A DNA stretch of 64,000 bases from Cyanidioschyzon merolae. Its lineage: Eukaryota. Shown one piece after another: positions 54,978 to 64,000 of this stretch. Both the position numbers and the translations under genes were made by a program. Each line of letters opens with the position of its first letter. Within the stretch, counting starts at the first letter, position 1. Under the pieces are notes generated by a model that did not search any database, was not told the DNA's origin, and saw only the letters and a list, made by a program, of their open reading frames with translations. Location of the stretch: the NCBI GenBank assembly GCA_000091205.1, contig AP006491.2, one strand, 5' to 3'.

Positions 54978-55462
54978 GAATGTGTGTTTGCGTGCGCATG
55001 GCATGCATGCATCCGATTTTCCCCATCTTTACATATTTGTATCAATATGTTTCGGAGCATGTGCATGGACCGGCCTGCACCCTTCGCGTCCTCTACTCGC
55101 GTATACACGTAACCTTCTCACCGGTTATCCGTGAAGCCGTTTGTTCACGTCGACAGGAATCCTTCAGTCTGCGTATAAACGTATCGATATTTCAGTAGAT
55201 CTGTGTATCCATGCACGTGTGCAATCGGGCGGGAAAAGCTTCAGGGGCACCACGATACCGAGCTCTTGCGTTACGATGGTACAAAAAGAGTCCTGGTCTG
55301 ATGCTTGCGCCGCACGTTTGAAGACGTACGGTATTCAAGCGATTCCTACAAAATACAGGCGAACGAACGAACGAACGAACGACCTAATTTTACTGGGAAC
55401 AGCTCCGGGTTCCATATCAAGGCATGCGTTATGTGCGCACTAGACAAGCGTATCGGGCGGTC

Positions 55463-56761
55463 TCACCAGACTCCGGGGAGGAGCACGTAGGGAACAGCTT
55501 CGCAGTAGGCGCGCCACGCGGCGCCATACTTTTGTCGACAGCGAGCTTCATCACGCTGACTTCGGTGAATCAAAAGCAGCAGTAAATAGAAAAAATATAT
55601 AAACGCAACAAAACGGTACGCTCCGCCAAGCGTCGGCATGCTGAACGCCAGTGCAAGCAGCAAATCTCCGAGGTAGTTCGAGTGACGGGCTACACTCCAC
55701 CAACCAGAGGCTAAAAGTCGACCGCCACCAAAGGTGCGATTCACGGCTTTGGTTGCGGTTCCATGCGTCACACCCGTCTGGGACGTCTCGCGCTCGAGGC
55801 GGTGCCAACGAGGTATGCCGCGCGACCAGCTGACGAACCAGCTGCTAACTGGTCGCTGAGAGTCCCTCTTGAAAGCATCTTTCTGCGAGTTTGCAGAGCG
55901 GAAAATCCATCCACCAAGCACTACGGTAATCAGCGTGCCCAGCAAAAGCCCTACCGACATACGCCGTTGATCGTGCACCAGACACCACGCTGGAGTACTG
56001 AAAACGAACGGGATGAACACCAGGTCGCCCCAGATCAACATCAGACCAAAATGTTCCGCAACAATATCCCAAGTCGTGGTCATCTTGCTCTCGTGCCAAA
56101 AGTAGTCCAGGATGTAACCATTCATGATCAGCTGCGTCAGCAGCATGCGCGTTGTTACACGGCCTAGAGCGTGCCACTGCTTGGCAGCAATGGAGAGGTT
56201 GAGCAACATCCAACCGATCATCGATGGCCGTAGCCAGAAAAACTTGAGCTCAAACCGACCCAAGTGCGGGTTCAGTTCGGCACCGAGAATAAAGTCTCGC
56301 AGCCAAGACCGCTGACTGGGTCCGGTGCTCGCGGAGGCCCGCGATCGCCAACGCTGGCGAAGCAGCAACAACGTGGCAAGACTCCATGCCAGCAGGTTTG
56401 CTGCCGCCAGAAACGCACCCACGTTATCCGCAAGATAGGACCAGGTCCAAGCGCCCAGCCCAGAGCCCAGAGCAGCCCATATCGCCACCGTAGACCCCAG
56501 CACAGCGAGACCGTTGCACTTGTAGTGAATGCGCTTAGAGCCATCCGCGGGAATCGTTCCCGGGTAGACCCAACCGGGAAGCGCTTCGCTCAAAAGGGCA
56601 AGAACACCAATGTAAACGAGCAGCTGGAGCGTTGCCAGGGAAACGTTTCGAAAAGTAAGCGAGCAGCCCAGCTCCCGGGCCGCTACAACAAACCAGCGCC
56701 AGTCGCAGGCGAGGGCCAAACCCACGACAGCAACCAAGAGGGCGTAGGTCAGTGCCATCAA
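55463..56761 (-). CDS. Sterol reductase of the ERG4/ERG24/DHCR7 family (7-dehydrocholesterol reductase / sterol C-24(28) reductase-like), multi-pass membrane protein.
   Basis: The C-terminal family signature 'LLASGWWSVARHSNYLGDLLLALAFSMPTLGGAYRFVAFIYFFYLLLLLIHRSQRDEARCRQKYGAAWRAYCEAVPYVLLPGVW' aligns residue for residue with the sterol-reductase C-terminus (LLxSGWWGxxRHxNYxGD...HRxxRDExxCxxKYGxxWxxYxxxVPYxxxPGxx). The N-terminus 'LPGWVYPGTIPADGSKRIHYKCNGL' matches the DHCR7/ERG4 luminal loop. About 8-9 hydrophobic helices. Confidence 0.85.
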   Translation of the reverse strand: MMALTYALLVAVVGLALACDWRWFVVAARELGCSLTFRNVSLATLQLLVYIGVLALLSEALPGWVYPGTIPADGSKRIHYKCNGLAVLGSTVAIWAALGSGLGAWTWSYLADNVGAFLAAANLLAWSLATLLLLRQRWRSRASASTGPSQRSWLRDFILGAELNPHLGRFELKFFWLRPSMIGWMLLNLSIAAKQWHALGRVTTRMLLTQLIMNGYILDYFWHESKMTTTWDIVAEHFGLMLIWGDLVFIPFVFSTPAWCLVHDQRRMSVGLLLGTLITVVLGGWIFRSANSQKDAFKRDSQRPVSSWFVSWSRGIPRWHRLERETSQTGVTHGTATKAVNRTFGGGRLLASGWWSVARHSNYLGDLLLALAFSMPTLGGAYRFVAFIYFFYLLLLLIHRSQRDEARCRQKYGAAWRAYCEAVPYVLLPGVW

Positions 56762-57614
56762 CGCTCTGATGTTCGTGACTTGAGCTCAGGGGGCAGACGC
56801 TGCACCCGACTTGCTGGTACTCGCGTCACCCTGCCCAGTGAAGTACGCACCGCACAAGAGGGGCGCTGCGGACGACTCCAACGTCCACAGGATACCGCAC
56901 AGGGGTACCGCTCGGTAAGAGCGAAACGTCCAAGTACAAGAGTGCCTCTACAACTGGAACACGACAAGCAACCTCAACGTTCACGTACGACTGCCGCACG
57001 GAACGTTCCAAGGACGTCTCGGTGAAGCCAATGACTTGGAGTCGAGGTCGTGCGGCGGACGCCAGCGTCGACAGAACGCTGCCGAGCGCACCAGCAACGC
57101 CCGAGGAGACCGACTCAGAAGCGACGCAACTTTAGAAGCAAGCTGTAGACGTCCGGAACTAGTCTGGCTCAGTGCTTAACGAACGGAAGTCTCGTGCGCG
57201 TCCAGAAACATCTGGTTAGACGGACGAACTCTAGACTCTAAAAAGACCGGGAGAAAGCTTGAGAAGAACCCCAGTCTGAAGGACACCTTCTCGCTTTGAG
57301 ACGACGCTGGTGGTGGTGCAGTACCTGAGCCAAGGGCTCTTCGAGCAGGTAACGCGGACACCAGAGACCAGAGGCTGTGCGCTTGAACGTTTAGGTAAGG
57401 GCGCTGCCTCTGATCCCGAGTCTGAGTCCGGGATCACCGAGCAGCAAGCCTGTACTGGACTTGGCGCCCGGGACGTGCCACTGCACAAGCACCGTCCAGC
57501 GCTTCAAACAACAGCACGGTGCCCAGGCTACAGAATTGCATTGTGTATTTGGTTTCGAAACGGCCGGGTAGCAACGCACCCGGCGCTTGGCTGATGACTG
57601 GTTGCGGGGAACAG

Positions 57615-57657
<43 letters not shown>

Positions 57658-57779
57658 AGAATCGCAAACTTTTCTCTGCAGTCCAGTTGTTTAACAACCA
57701 AGCGCCACTAGACTAGCGCTCGTGCAAAACGCCGCGCTGTACTCCGAACTGCTTCAGTGCAGTCCCGGTACCGCAGCCG

Positions 57780-60728
57780 GTGCACCTACGCCATATCTTG
57801 AACGACGACTCGGTGCATGCCCGGGGGAAACACGACGCGGCCACGGGACTCGACTCTGGTGACGCGACACAACAGACAGGGCACCGCTTCGCGAGCACAA
57901 CGCACCGGCATACCGCAATGTCGTCACTTGAGCCGGGAAAATACCCGAGCGGACCCCGTCTTGTGCGACCTCGGATCGAACTCTTCCGGGAGGGATGCCC
58001 CTGCGGCAGCATTGCCGCCGGCCAAGTCCAGCTCTATCCGCAAGGCCTGCCTGCCGAGGCGCTCAAAACGCTGGAGACCCAAACACGAGACGTTGCCAAC
58101 GTCGACCAGCTCGACTGGGAGGCGCTGCACGCTGACTGGTTCGCAGCACAACGCTCGCATGGTCTACGTCAGAAAGCGACCAATCATCGCCTCCCAATAC
58201 CAAAGCACCCTCTGAACTTACAGTTCAGCGCCGATGAAGTGCTCGTTGGACCCGCTCTGGAACCAGTCGCATCGACACCTGAAACCAAGAGCACACGCGA
58301 ATCCACATCTTCATCTACCGTGGAACAGGACAAACTCGACCTCTCCCGTCAACAAGTGATTCTCCGAGGCCATGCGGTACTCCAGGTCGGTGATGCCGCC
58401 ATCCGGGCCCCCGGCATGCTCCTGGATATGCCACGCGGCATCGTGCAGGCCGCGGGACCCGTCATCTGTCGATGGGGGGCGTATCAGAATCCGCCACTGG
58501 CGGCTCCGTCAACCTCTTCTGTGGCGGATGCTCCTTCAACGTCACAGGCAGAGGACTGGTCGCCTCACGGCGGTGTTCTGGTGGGCGGGCGCTGCACCTA
58601 CGACCTGGAGCAGCGCCGACTGACCTGTGATCGGGTCGCGGGTGCACTGCGGATCCACAGGGCGGTACCTGACCAGGAAGAGCATTTACTGCCAGCTCTG
58701 GAGACGTTTGATGAGGTCACCGCGCTTGGCCTACCCTGGGGCCGAAGCTTCTTCCGTCGTCTGAAGGACAGTGAACCGCAGGGTGCTCGCGGCTGGCAAA
58801 CGCGCTCTCGAGCTTCGAACAGCGCCTACCGACAAACGGCACAGACGAATATCGTTCAACCGGAGGCTGCTGCTGCTGCTGCTGCTGGAAGCCGCCCTCA
58901 TGACAGGGATATGCAAACTCTCGCAACAATGAGTACCTACGACCCCGAGGCCGCTTACTTGCGGCTTCGTGCGGAACGAGTGCAACTTCGTATGGGACCC
59001 GCACGCCTTCGCGAATGGGTCGCCGACCAACCCCGGCTCGCGGAGGCTATTCACTTCAGCGAACGTGCCCTCTACGATGCGCGACTCGAGTGGGATCCCA
59101 GTAGTGGACCGAAACACCCCGGTGCACAGCTCGAGGCGAGTCGGTTGTGCTGGCACGACCGGCCACACCAGGAGCCGGAAATGCGTATCCAGCGTGCGCT
59201 GCTGAAGGTCAACAAACGTTTGGCGCTGCCCGTGTTGCAGCGTCAACTGAGCCTCGGCCAAGGAGGTCTCTCTCCTGCCGCTCTCGACCAGTTGTTGGAT
59301 CTGGGTCGCAGTATGACGCGATTTGCGTACGATGTGGAGCAGCACGGCGGTTTCTACCTCTCTTGGCCGCTCTGGACGGATTCACTCCAGGCACCAGCTG
59401 GTACTCGTGTACACGGGCAAGTCGATCTTCTGACGCGCTTGGCGGCTTCGATACCTTTTCTGCGTCGTTGGGTTCTGCACGCATCGCTCGCGTTGCGTAA
59501 CCAGAGAACCAGTTTTGGTCGCATTCGTGCACATGTGCAGTTCTGGCTCGAGCAGCCGTCAACGTCGGCTCGGAGTAGCGGACGCATCGCTGTCGTAGCG
59601 GGCAGTGGCGAGGCGTCAGACGACGACCGTTTGGTGCCTGCTGGTGCTACGGCAGGTGCCGCGCATCCGACGGAGGCCAGCTCGCGGTTAACTGCGGAAA
59701 ACCCCCGCCAGCGTCAGCAGATGCGGCAGGCGCTCGTAGCGGACGCTGCACTTGCAGCAGCGCGTAGCAGCACATCGAGCCGCAACTCGACGGAGTTGAA
59801 CGTGAGCGCTGCGAGACGCCCCGCTCTTCGCGATGGATTGCGTAGCTCGGGGCGTGTCGAGCTGCTTTTCGGTGGATCGCGATCCTTCCAGCTATCGTAT
59901 CATTCGGATGAGGTTGCGTTTCAGCCGTTTCTGCCCCTGGAGGTGCACGCTACCGCAGACGAGGTCACATGGCCGCTTCCACGCAGCTGTCCGTGGACCC
60001 GACTCGGCCGTCACTGGCTCGCGCGAGGTACGCTCTGGCAACGGCGACGTGTTTCGGCACCGGAGCCACGAGCCCGCGTCCTCGAGGGTGTGCATATCGG
60101 GTACGAACGGGTGGATGCGGCGGTGCTGCCGTCGAGTGCACTGCTATCGACTGTGCCCGCTCGTAGCGTTGTCCGAACGGACGAGCGGGTCCAGCGGATG
60201 GTGATTCAGTACGGAGTGCAGGTAGAGAGCCTGCTCTATGCAGGTCGACGCACGCGTGCCCAGCGCACTCGACCGTACCTGGCGAGTTTTGCGGCGTTGG
60301 ATGCTCGACTCGAACGTACGCGATGCTCGTTTGACCAAGAGCCGTGGACGCTACGCGGTGCGCTGGTAGGCGGTCTACGCGCCCAGTTCGGATGTTTCCA
60401 GCGTCGCTTTTTGGACGCCACCGGATTCCTCATACGCGTGCGACAATCGTTTGGAGTGCCGAGTCCACTGCTTTACCAGTACGAGGCGTTTCCGACGAGT
60501 CTGCACCTGGGTTGCGGTCAACAGGTCTGGGGACCCTTGCGCGTAGCCGCTGAACGGGTCTGGCTCTACTGCAGCGGGTACTCGTCGCCGTTGTGCGCTG
60601 CAAAGGACTCGTTTGTGCCGCTAGAGACCAATTACGTTGTTGAATGGCAACAACCAACGTTTAAGATTGGCATGATTTGGAGTGCTGAACGCCACCAGGG
60701 CCAAGTGCGCGCCTCCATGACCTGGTAA
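57780..60728 (+). CDS. Large hypothetical protein (982 aa), no recognisable domain.
   Basis: Uninterrupted 2.9-kb ORF with strong GC3 bias and a poly-Ala run from (GCT)n at 58863. Mixed ordered and disordered segments. Antisense ORFs (58731..59345, for example) are weaker. Confidence 0.55.
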   Translation: MHLRHILNDDSVHARGKHDAATGLDSGDATQQTGHRFASTTHRHTAMSSLEPGKYPSGPRLVRPRIELFREGCPCGSIAAGQVQLYPQGLPAEALKTLETQTRDVANVDQLDWEALHADWFAAQRSHGLRQKATNHRLPIPKHPLNLQFSADEVLVGPALEPVASTPETKSTRESTSSSTVEQDKLDLSRQQVILRGHAVLQVGDAAIRAPGMLLDMPRGIVQAAGPVICRWGAYQNPPLAAPSTSSVADAPSTSQAEDWSPHGGVLVGGRCTYDLEQRRLTCDRVAGALRIHRAVPDQEEHLLPALETFDEVTALGLPWGRSFFRRLKDSEPQGARGWQTRSRASNSAYRQTAQTNIVQPEAAAAAAAGSRPHDRDMQTLATMSTYDPEAAYLRLRAERVQLRMGPARLREWVADQPRLAEAIHFSERALYDARLEWDPSSGPKHPGAQLEASRLCWHDRPHQEPEMRIQRALLKVNKRLALPVLQRQLSLGQGGLSPAALDQLLDLGRSMTRFAYDVEQHGGFYLSWPLWTDSLQAPAGTRVHGQVDLLTRLAASIPFLRRWVLHASLALRNQRTSFGRIRAHVQFWLEQPSTSARSSGRIAVVAGSGEASDDDRLVPAGATAGAAHPTEASSRLTAENPRQRQQMRQALVADAALAAARSSTSSRNSTELNVSAARRPALRDGLRSSGRVELLFGGSRSFQLSYHSDEVAFQPFLPLEVHATADEVTWPLPRSCPWTRLGRHWLARGTLWQRRRVSAPEPRARVLEGVHIGYERVDAAVLPSSALLSTVPARSVVRTDERVQRMVIQYGVQVESLLYAGRRTRAQRTRPYLASFAALDARLERTRCSFDQEPWTLRGALVGGLRAQFGCFQRRFLDATGFLIRVRQSFGVPSPLLYQYEAFPTSLHLGCGQQVWGPLRVAAERVWLYCSGYSSPLCAAKDSFVPLETNYVVEWQQPTFKIGMIWSAERHQGQVRASMTW

Positions 60729-61511
60729 TGCGCCCCGGTAAAGCGTAGGGCATTCTGTTTCTATTTCGTATCCGAAAGCAGCGTTGCTCAGTGAGCGCGC
60801 CGGAGCGCAGCATGCGCCGACGTTTTCTGCGTCCTGAAGAGTGGCGATGGTATGGCGAGCGCAGTGCGGAGTGAGGATGCGCAGGCGTTGAAGCACGTGC
60901 GACGCTTTGGAGACGCTGGTGAGGCAAACGCACTTTGCCTGCAACGGCGTGATGCGTTCTTGGTGCATTGCTTGATCGCCAGCGCACCCAGTGCACCAGT
61001 GGCATGCGCGCTTGAACATTGTTTCAGGCGTGAAAACGCAGCAGGTAGCGGTCTGGGCTCGCAGGTCTCTAGTCCCCGGCAGCAAAGCGACGCAGCGATC
61101 TTCTGAGCGCTAGATCAAGTTCGTAGGGCGCTCGCGAAAGCTGTGGCGTACGTTCGTGGAGTAGTGACGTGCACGGAAACGTTTCGGAGCGAGACGAGGC
61201 GCTTCGGGTGCCGTCGCTGCGGATGCCGCTGCCACAACGGCACCAGCGTCTACCCTGTGGGTGAAACCCCCGGTGGTATCGCTGTTCGTACGCTCCAACG
61301 GATTCAAGGCCGTGCACTGGACAGGCGCGACAACGGACATGGTGTATTACCGCCCCGACGAGGTCCATGCCCATGCTATTCGTTCTAGGGCATGCAAGTG
61401 GGGTCCGGATCCGGAGGATCTCCAGCCGCCAGCTCATCGCGAATTACACCTCGGATCTGCAGCATCAGTGACCGAGCGCTGGCGACACGAGGTGTCTATC
61501 TCGAGCCGACT

Positions 61512-62519
61512 CTAAGCGGCAAGCACGTACTTACCCAGAAGTATTCCCAGTAAAATCGCCATCACAAGTTGCACCCACGGTAGGATGAGTAGCGTTGGAT
61601 GTGGTGAGGCACCCAACGCGCCCGTGCTCGAACTCTTGAGCAAGCGGCTGGCGCTCTCGAGTCGCGACTTGAGCAGGGCCACCTCTGCCTGACTCCGCGC
61701 CAGCTCGCGCCGCAGTCGAGCCGTCTCCGACTCTTCTCGTGTCTCCGTCTCTGTCATGTGATCCGGGGTGATTGCTGCTGCTGCTGCTGCTGCTGCTTTC
61801 GACTGCTCCGTTGCAGCATCGTCCCAGTGCACAGAGGGCGCCGCCGCTGAACCACCACCCGCCCCGACACCTGCCATCCGTACCGCGTCACCGTCGAGGC
61901 GCTCGCTTGCTTGCGCGCTCGCCGATGCCGGCGGTGTGCCTGCATCCATACCAGAGGCCGCTGACTTGCCTCCACTGTCCACGGACTGCGACATTCGCGC
62001 TCGGTAGCTCTGGAGCATATTCTCCAAAGTATCCTGATTAAACAGGAACTCACAGCGAAACTTTTGTTCGAAAACCTCCTCACGATCAACGGTATCGAAC
62101 AGACCCGCGTCGAAGGACCGGTTTTCCAGTAACAAGCCTTGGATTAAAAACTTATCCTCGAGTTCCTTGCTGAGCTCCTGTTTCAGACCGTCATAGGTGA
62201 GCACGTCGGCAGCGGGTGTGGCGCTGGTGGCGTCGCCACCGCTCGAGCGGCTCTCCGCCTGCCGTACCAACGCGGCGCACGCGTCCGCAACCACTCGCTT
62301 TAGCGGTTGTAGCTGCACCTGAAGGTCAAGCGTCTCTCCGGGTGCTAGTTTTGCCGCGTTTGGCTTGACACAGTAGCGCTTCGGACGCGTTGTTTTGACC
62401 TTGAACCCCACGTGATCGTTCGCCTCGTTGCGAAGCTTCAGCGTGAGCAGTGTCGGTTTCTCCAGTGAGTCTATATGGAACGTAAACCGCGTCTCAGACA
62501 CGTTCAAAATACGATCCAT
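61512..62519 (-). CDS. VAP (VAMP-associated protein, Scs2-like): N-terminal MSP domain, coiled-coil, C-terminal transmembrane anchor.
   Basis: MSP domain 'LNVSETRFTFHIDSLEKPTLLTLKLRNEANDHVGFKVKTTRPKRYCVKPNAAKLAPGETLDLQVQLQP', central 'ELARSQAEVALLKSRLESASRLL' coiled-coil, and C-terminal TM 'LLILPWVQLVMAILLGILLGKYVLAA'. A poly-Ala run comes from (GCA)n at 61775-61800. Confidence 0.8.
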   Translation of the reverse strand: MDRILNVSETRFTFHIDSLEKPTLLTLKLRNEANDHVGFKVKTTRPKRYCVKPNAAKLAPGETLDLQVQLQPLKRVVADACAALVRQAESRSSGGDATSATPAADVLTYDGLKQELSKELEDKFLIQGLLLENRSFDAGLFDTVDREEVFEQKFRCEFLFNQDTLENMLQSYRARMSQSVDSGGKSAASGMDAGTPPASASAQASERLDGDAVRMAGVGAGGGSAAAPSVHWDDAATEQSKAAAAAAAAITPDHMTETETREESETARLRRELARSQAEVALLKSRLESASRLLKSSSTGALGASPHPTLLILPWVQLVMAILLGILLGKYVLAA

Positions 62520-62633
62520 GGTGTAGTCAACACGTTTTCTCAGCAGCGTTGATCAGTGCTCAGAAACGAAGGTGTTCGAGTCCCTGCGCTCGCTCGGTAA
62601 TCGCTAACCGTTAAAGGGGTTGGGTAGCGGAGG

Positions 62634-62671
62634 CAATCCATCGATCGATCGAGCGATCGATCGATGGATTG
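62634..62671. repeat. Perfect 18-bp inverted repeat with a 2-nt spacer (hairpin/cruciform-capable) in the VAP upstream region, followed by G-rich tracts.
   Basis: 'caatccatcgatcgatcg-ag-cgatcgatcgatggattg'; the reverse complement of the left arm equals the right arm exactly. Downstream lie 'ggggtggcgcggcggc' and 'ggggcgagggggtggcggcggcggcggcggc'. Confidence 0.9.
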
Positions 62672-62808
62672 CAGCAGCGCCCTGGGGGTGGCGCGGCGGC
62701 AGCGCGCACTGCATCGCGCGATGCATCGATGCTGATTCGGGGCGAGGGGGTGGCGGCGGCGGCGGCGGCACAGCGGAGCATCGCGCGCGATTTTTCGTAC
62801 GATAGTGG

Positions 62809-64000
62809 GTCTCGGATGGATGTTTTTCAGGAGAAAACGTTTCCTTAGGCCAGCGTTCTCCGATTATGCGCATTTTTCTTTTCTTTTTGGGTTTGTTTTC
62901 AGTGCGCGGTGAGGTATCCACCGAATGCTCTACCTCCAAGTTACATTACCTAAGAAGGTCTCGGATGGATGTTTTTCATGGAGAAAACGTTTCCTTAGGC
63001 CAGCGTTCTCCGATTATGCGCATTTTTCTTTTCTTTTTGGGTTTGTTTTCAGTGCGCGGTGAGGTATCCACCGAATGCTCTACCTCCAAGTTACATTACC
63101 TAAGAAGGTCTCGGATGGATGTTTTTCATGGAGAAAACGTTTCCTTAGGCCAGCGTTCTCCGATTATGCGCATTTTTCTTTTCTTTTTGGGTTTGTTTTC
63201 AGTGCGCGGTGAGGTATCCACCAAACGCTCTACCTCCAAGTTACATTACCTAAGAAGGTCTCGGATGGATGTTTTTCATGGAGAAAACGTTTCCTTAGGC
63301 CAGCGTTCTCCGATTATGCGCATTTTTCTTTTCTTTTTGGGTTTGTTTTCAGTGCGCGGTGAGGTATCCACCAAATGCTCTACCTCCAAGTTACATTACC
63401 TAAGAAGGTCTCGGATGGATGTTTTTCATGGATAAAACGTATCCTTATGCCAGCATGCTCCGATTATGCGCATTTTTCTTTTCTTTTTGGGTTTGTTTTC
63501 AGTGCGCGGTGAGGTATCCACCGAATGCTCTACCTCCAAGTAACATTATCTAAGAAGGTCTCGGATGGATGTTTTTCATGGAGAAAACGTTTCCTTAGGC
63601 CAGCGTTCTCCGATTATGCGCATTTTTCTCTTCTTTTTGGGTTTGTTTTCAGTGCGCGGTGAGGTATCCACCAAATGCTCTACCTCCAAGTTACATTACC
63701 TAAGAAGGTCTCGGATGGATGTTTTTCATGGAGAAAACGTTTCCTAAGGCCAGCGTTCTCCGATTATGCGCATTTTTCTTTTCTTTTTGGGTTTGTTTTC
63801 AGTGCGCGGTGAGGTATCCACCGAATGCTCTACCTCCAAGTAACATTATCTAAGAAGGTCTCGGATGGATGTTTTTCATGGAGAAAACGTTTCCTTAGGC
63901 CAGCGTTCTCCGATTATGCGCATTTTTCTCTTCTTTTTGGGTTTGTTTTCAGTGCGCGGTGAGGTATCCACCAAATGCTCTACCTCCAAGTTACATTACC
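62809..64000 (+). repeat. Satellite array, 150-bp unit, at least 8 copies, continuing past the window end.
   Basis: 'gtctcggatggatgtttttcatggagaaaacgtttccttaggccagcgttctccgattatgcgcatttttcttttctttttgggtttgttttcagtgcgcggtgaggtatccacc[g/a]aa[t/c]gctctacctccaagttacattacctaagaag' recurs at 62809, 62958, 63108 and onward. Because 150 is a multiple of 3, one frame stays open across 3.8 units (ORF 62866..63435). One diverged unit lies at about 63420-63560. Confidence 0.95.

Noticed and set aside
1-64000. Prokaryotic interpretation (operons, phage or defence island)
   Set aside because: No Shine-Dalgarno or operon organisation. The genes are hallmark eukaryotic (PEX1, UTP14, SKI3, RRP40, VAP, sterol reductase). 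A LINE is present and low-complexity inserts occur within proteins.

Overview
GC-rich (~60%), gene-dense eukaryotic nuclear DNA. Long unspliced ORFs alternate between strands, strong GC3 codon bias throws up many spurious antisense ORFs, and the intergenic DNA is lower-GC and microsatellite-rich. I find no prokaryotic signatures, no CRISPR, and no rRNA or tRNA I can support. From sequence I can support about 14 protein-coding genes, all apparently intronless. Recognisable products are an LSD1-type zinc-finger protein, a WD40 protein, isoaspartyl peptidase/L-asparaginase, a COQ3/UbiG O-methyltransferase, exosome subunit RRP40, UTP14, SKI3/TTC37, a divergent ParA/MinD-family P-loop ATPase, a CNNM/DUF21-CBS transporter, the peroxin PEX1, a sterol reductase of the ERG4/ERG24/DHCR7 family, and a VAP (MSP-domain) protein. 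Three further large ORFs have unknown function. The 5' edge holds a truncated, frameshifted non-LTR retrotransposon. It abuts a single inverted copy of a 150-bp satellite whose tandem array (at least 8 copies) runs off the 3' edge. Other repeats are a 164-bp satellite (about 12 copies), a 66-bp repeat with exact 198-bp higher-order structure, a 109-bp x4 repeat fused to a (CACG)n(CATA)n microsatellite, a 68-bp x3 repeat at the UTP14 5' end, an old ~900-bp direct duplication flanking an orphan ORF, and an 18-bp perfect inverted repeat. I see no self-contained 'new system'. The items most worth a second look are the ParA-like ATPase in a eukaryotic gene context, the LINE/satellite association at both window edges, the consecutive same-strand RRP40-UTP14-SKI3 trio, and the large orphan proteins. 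All similarity statements rest on motif recognition by eye; no searches were run.
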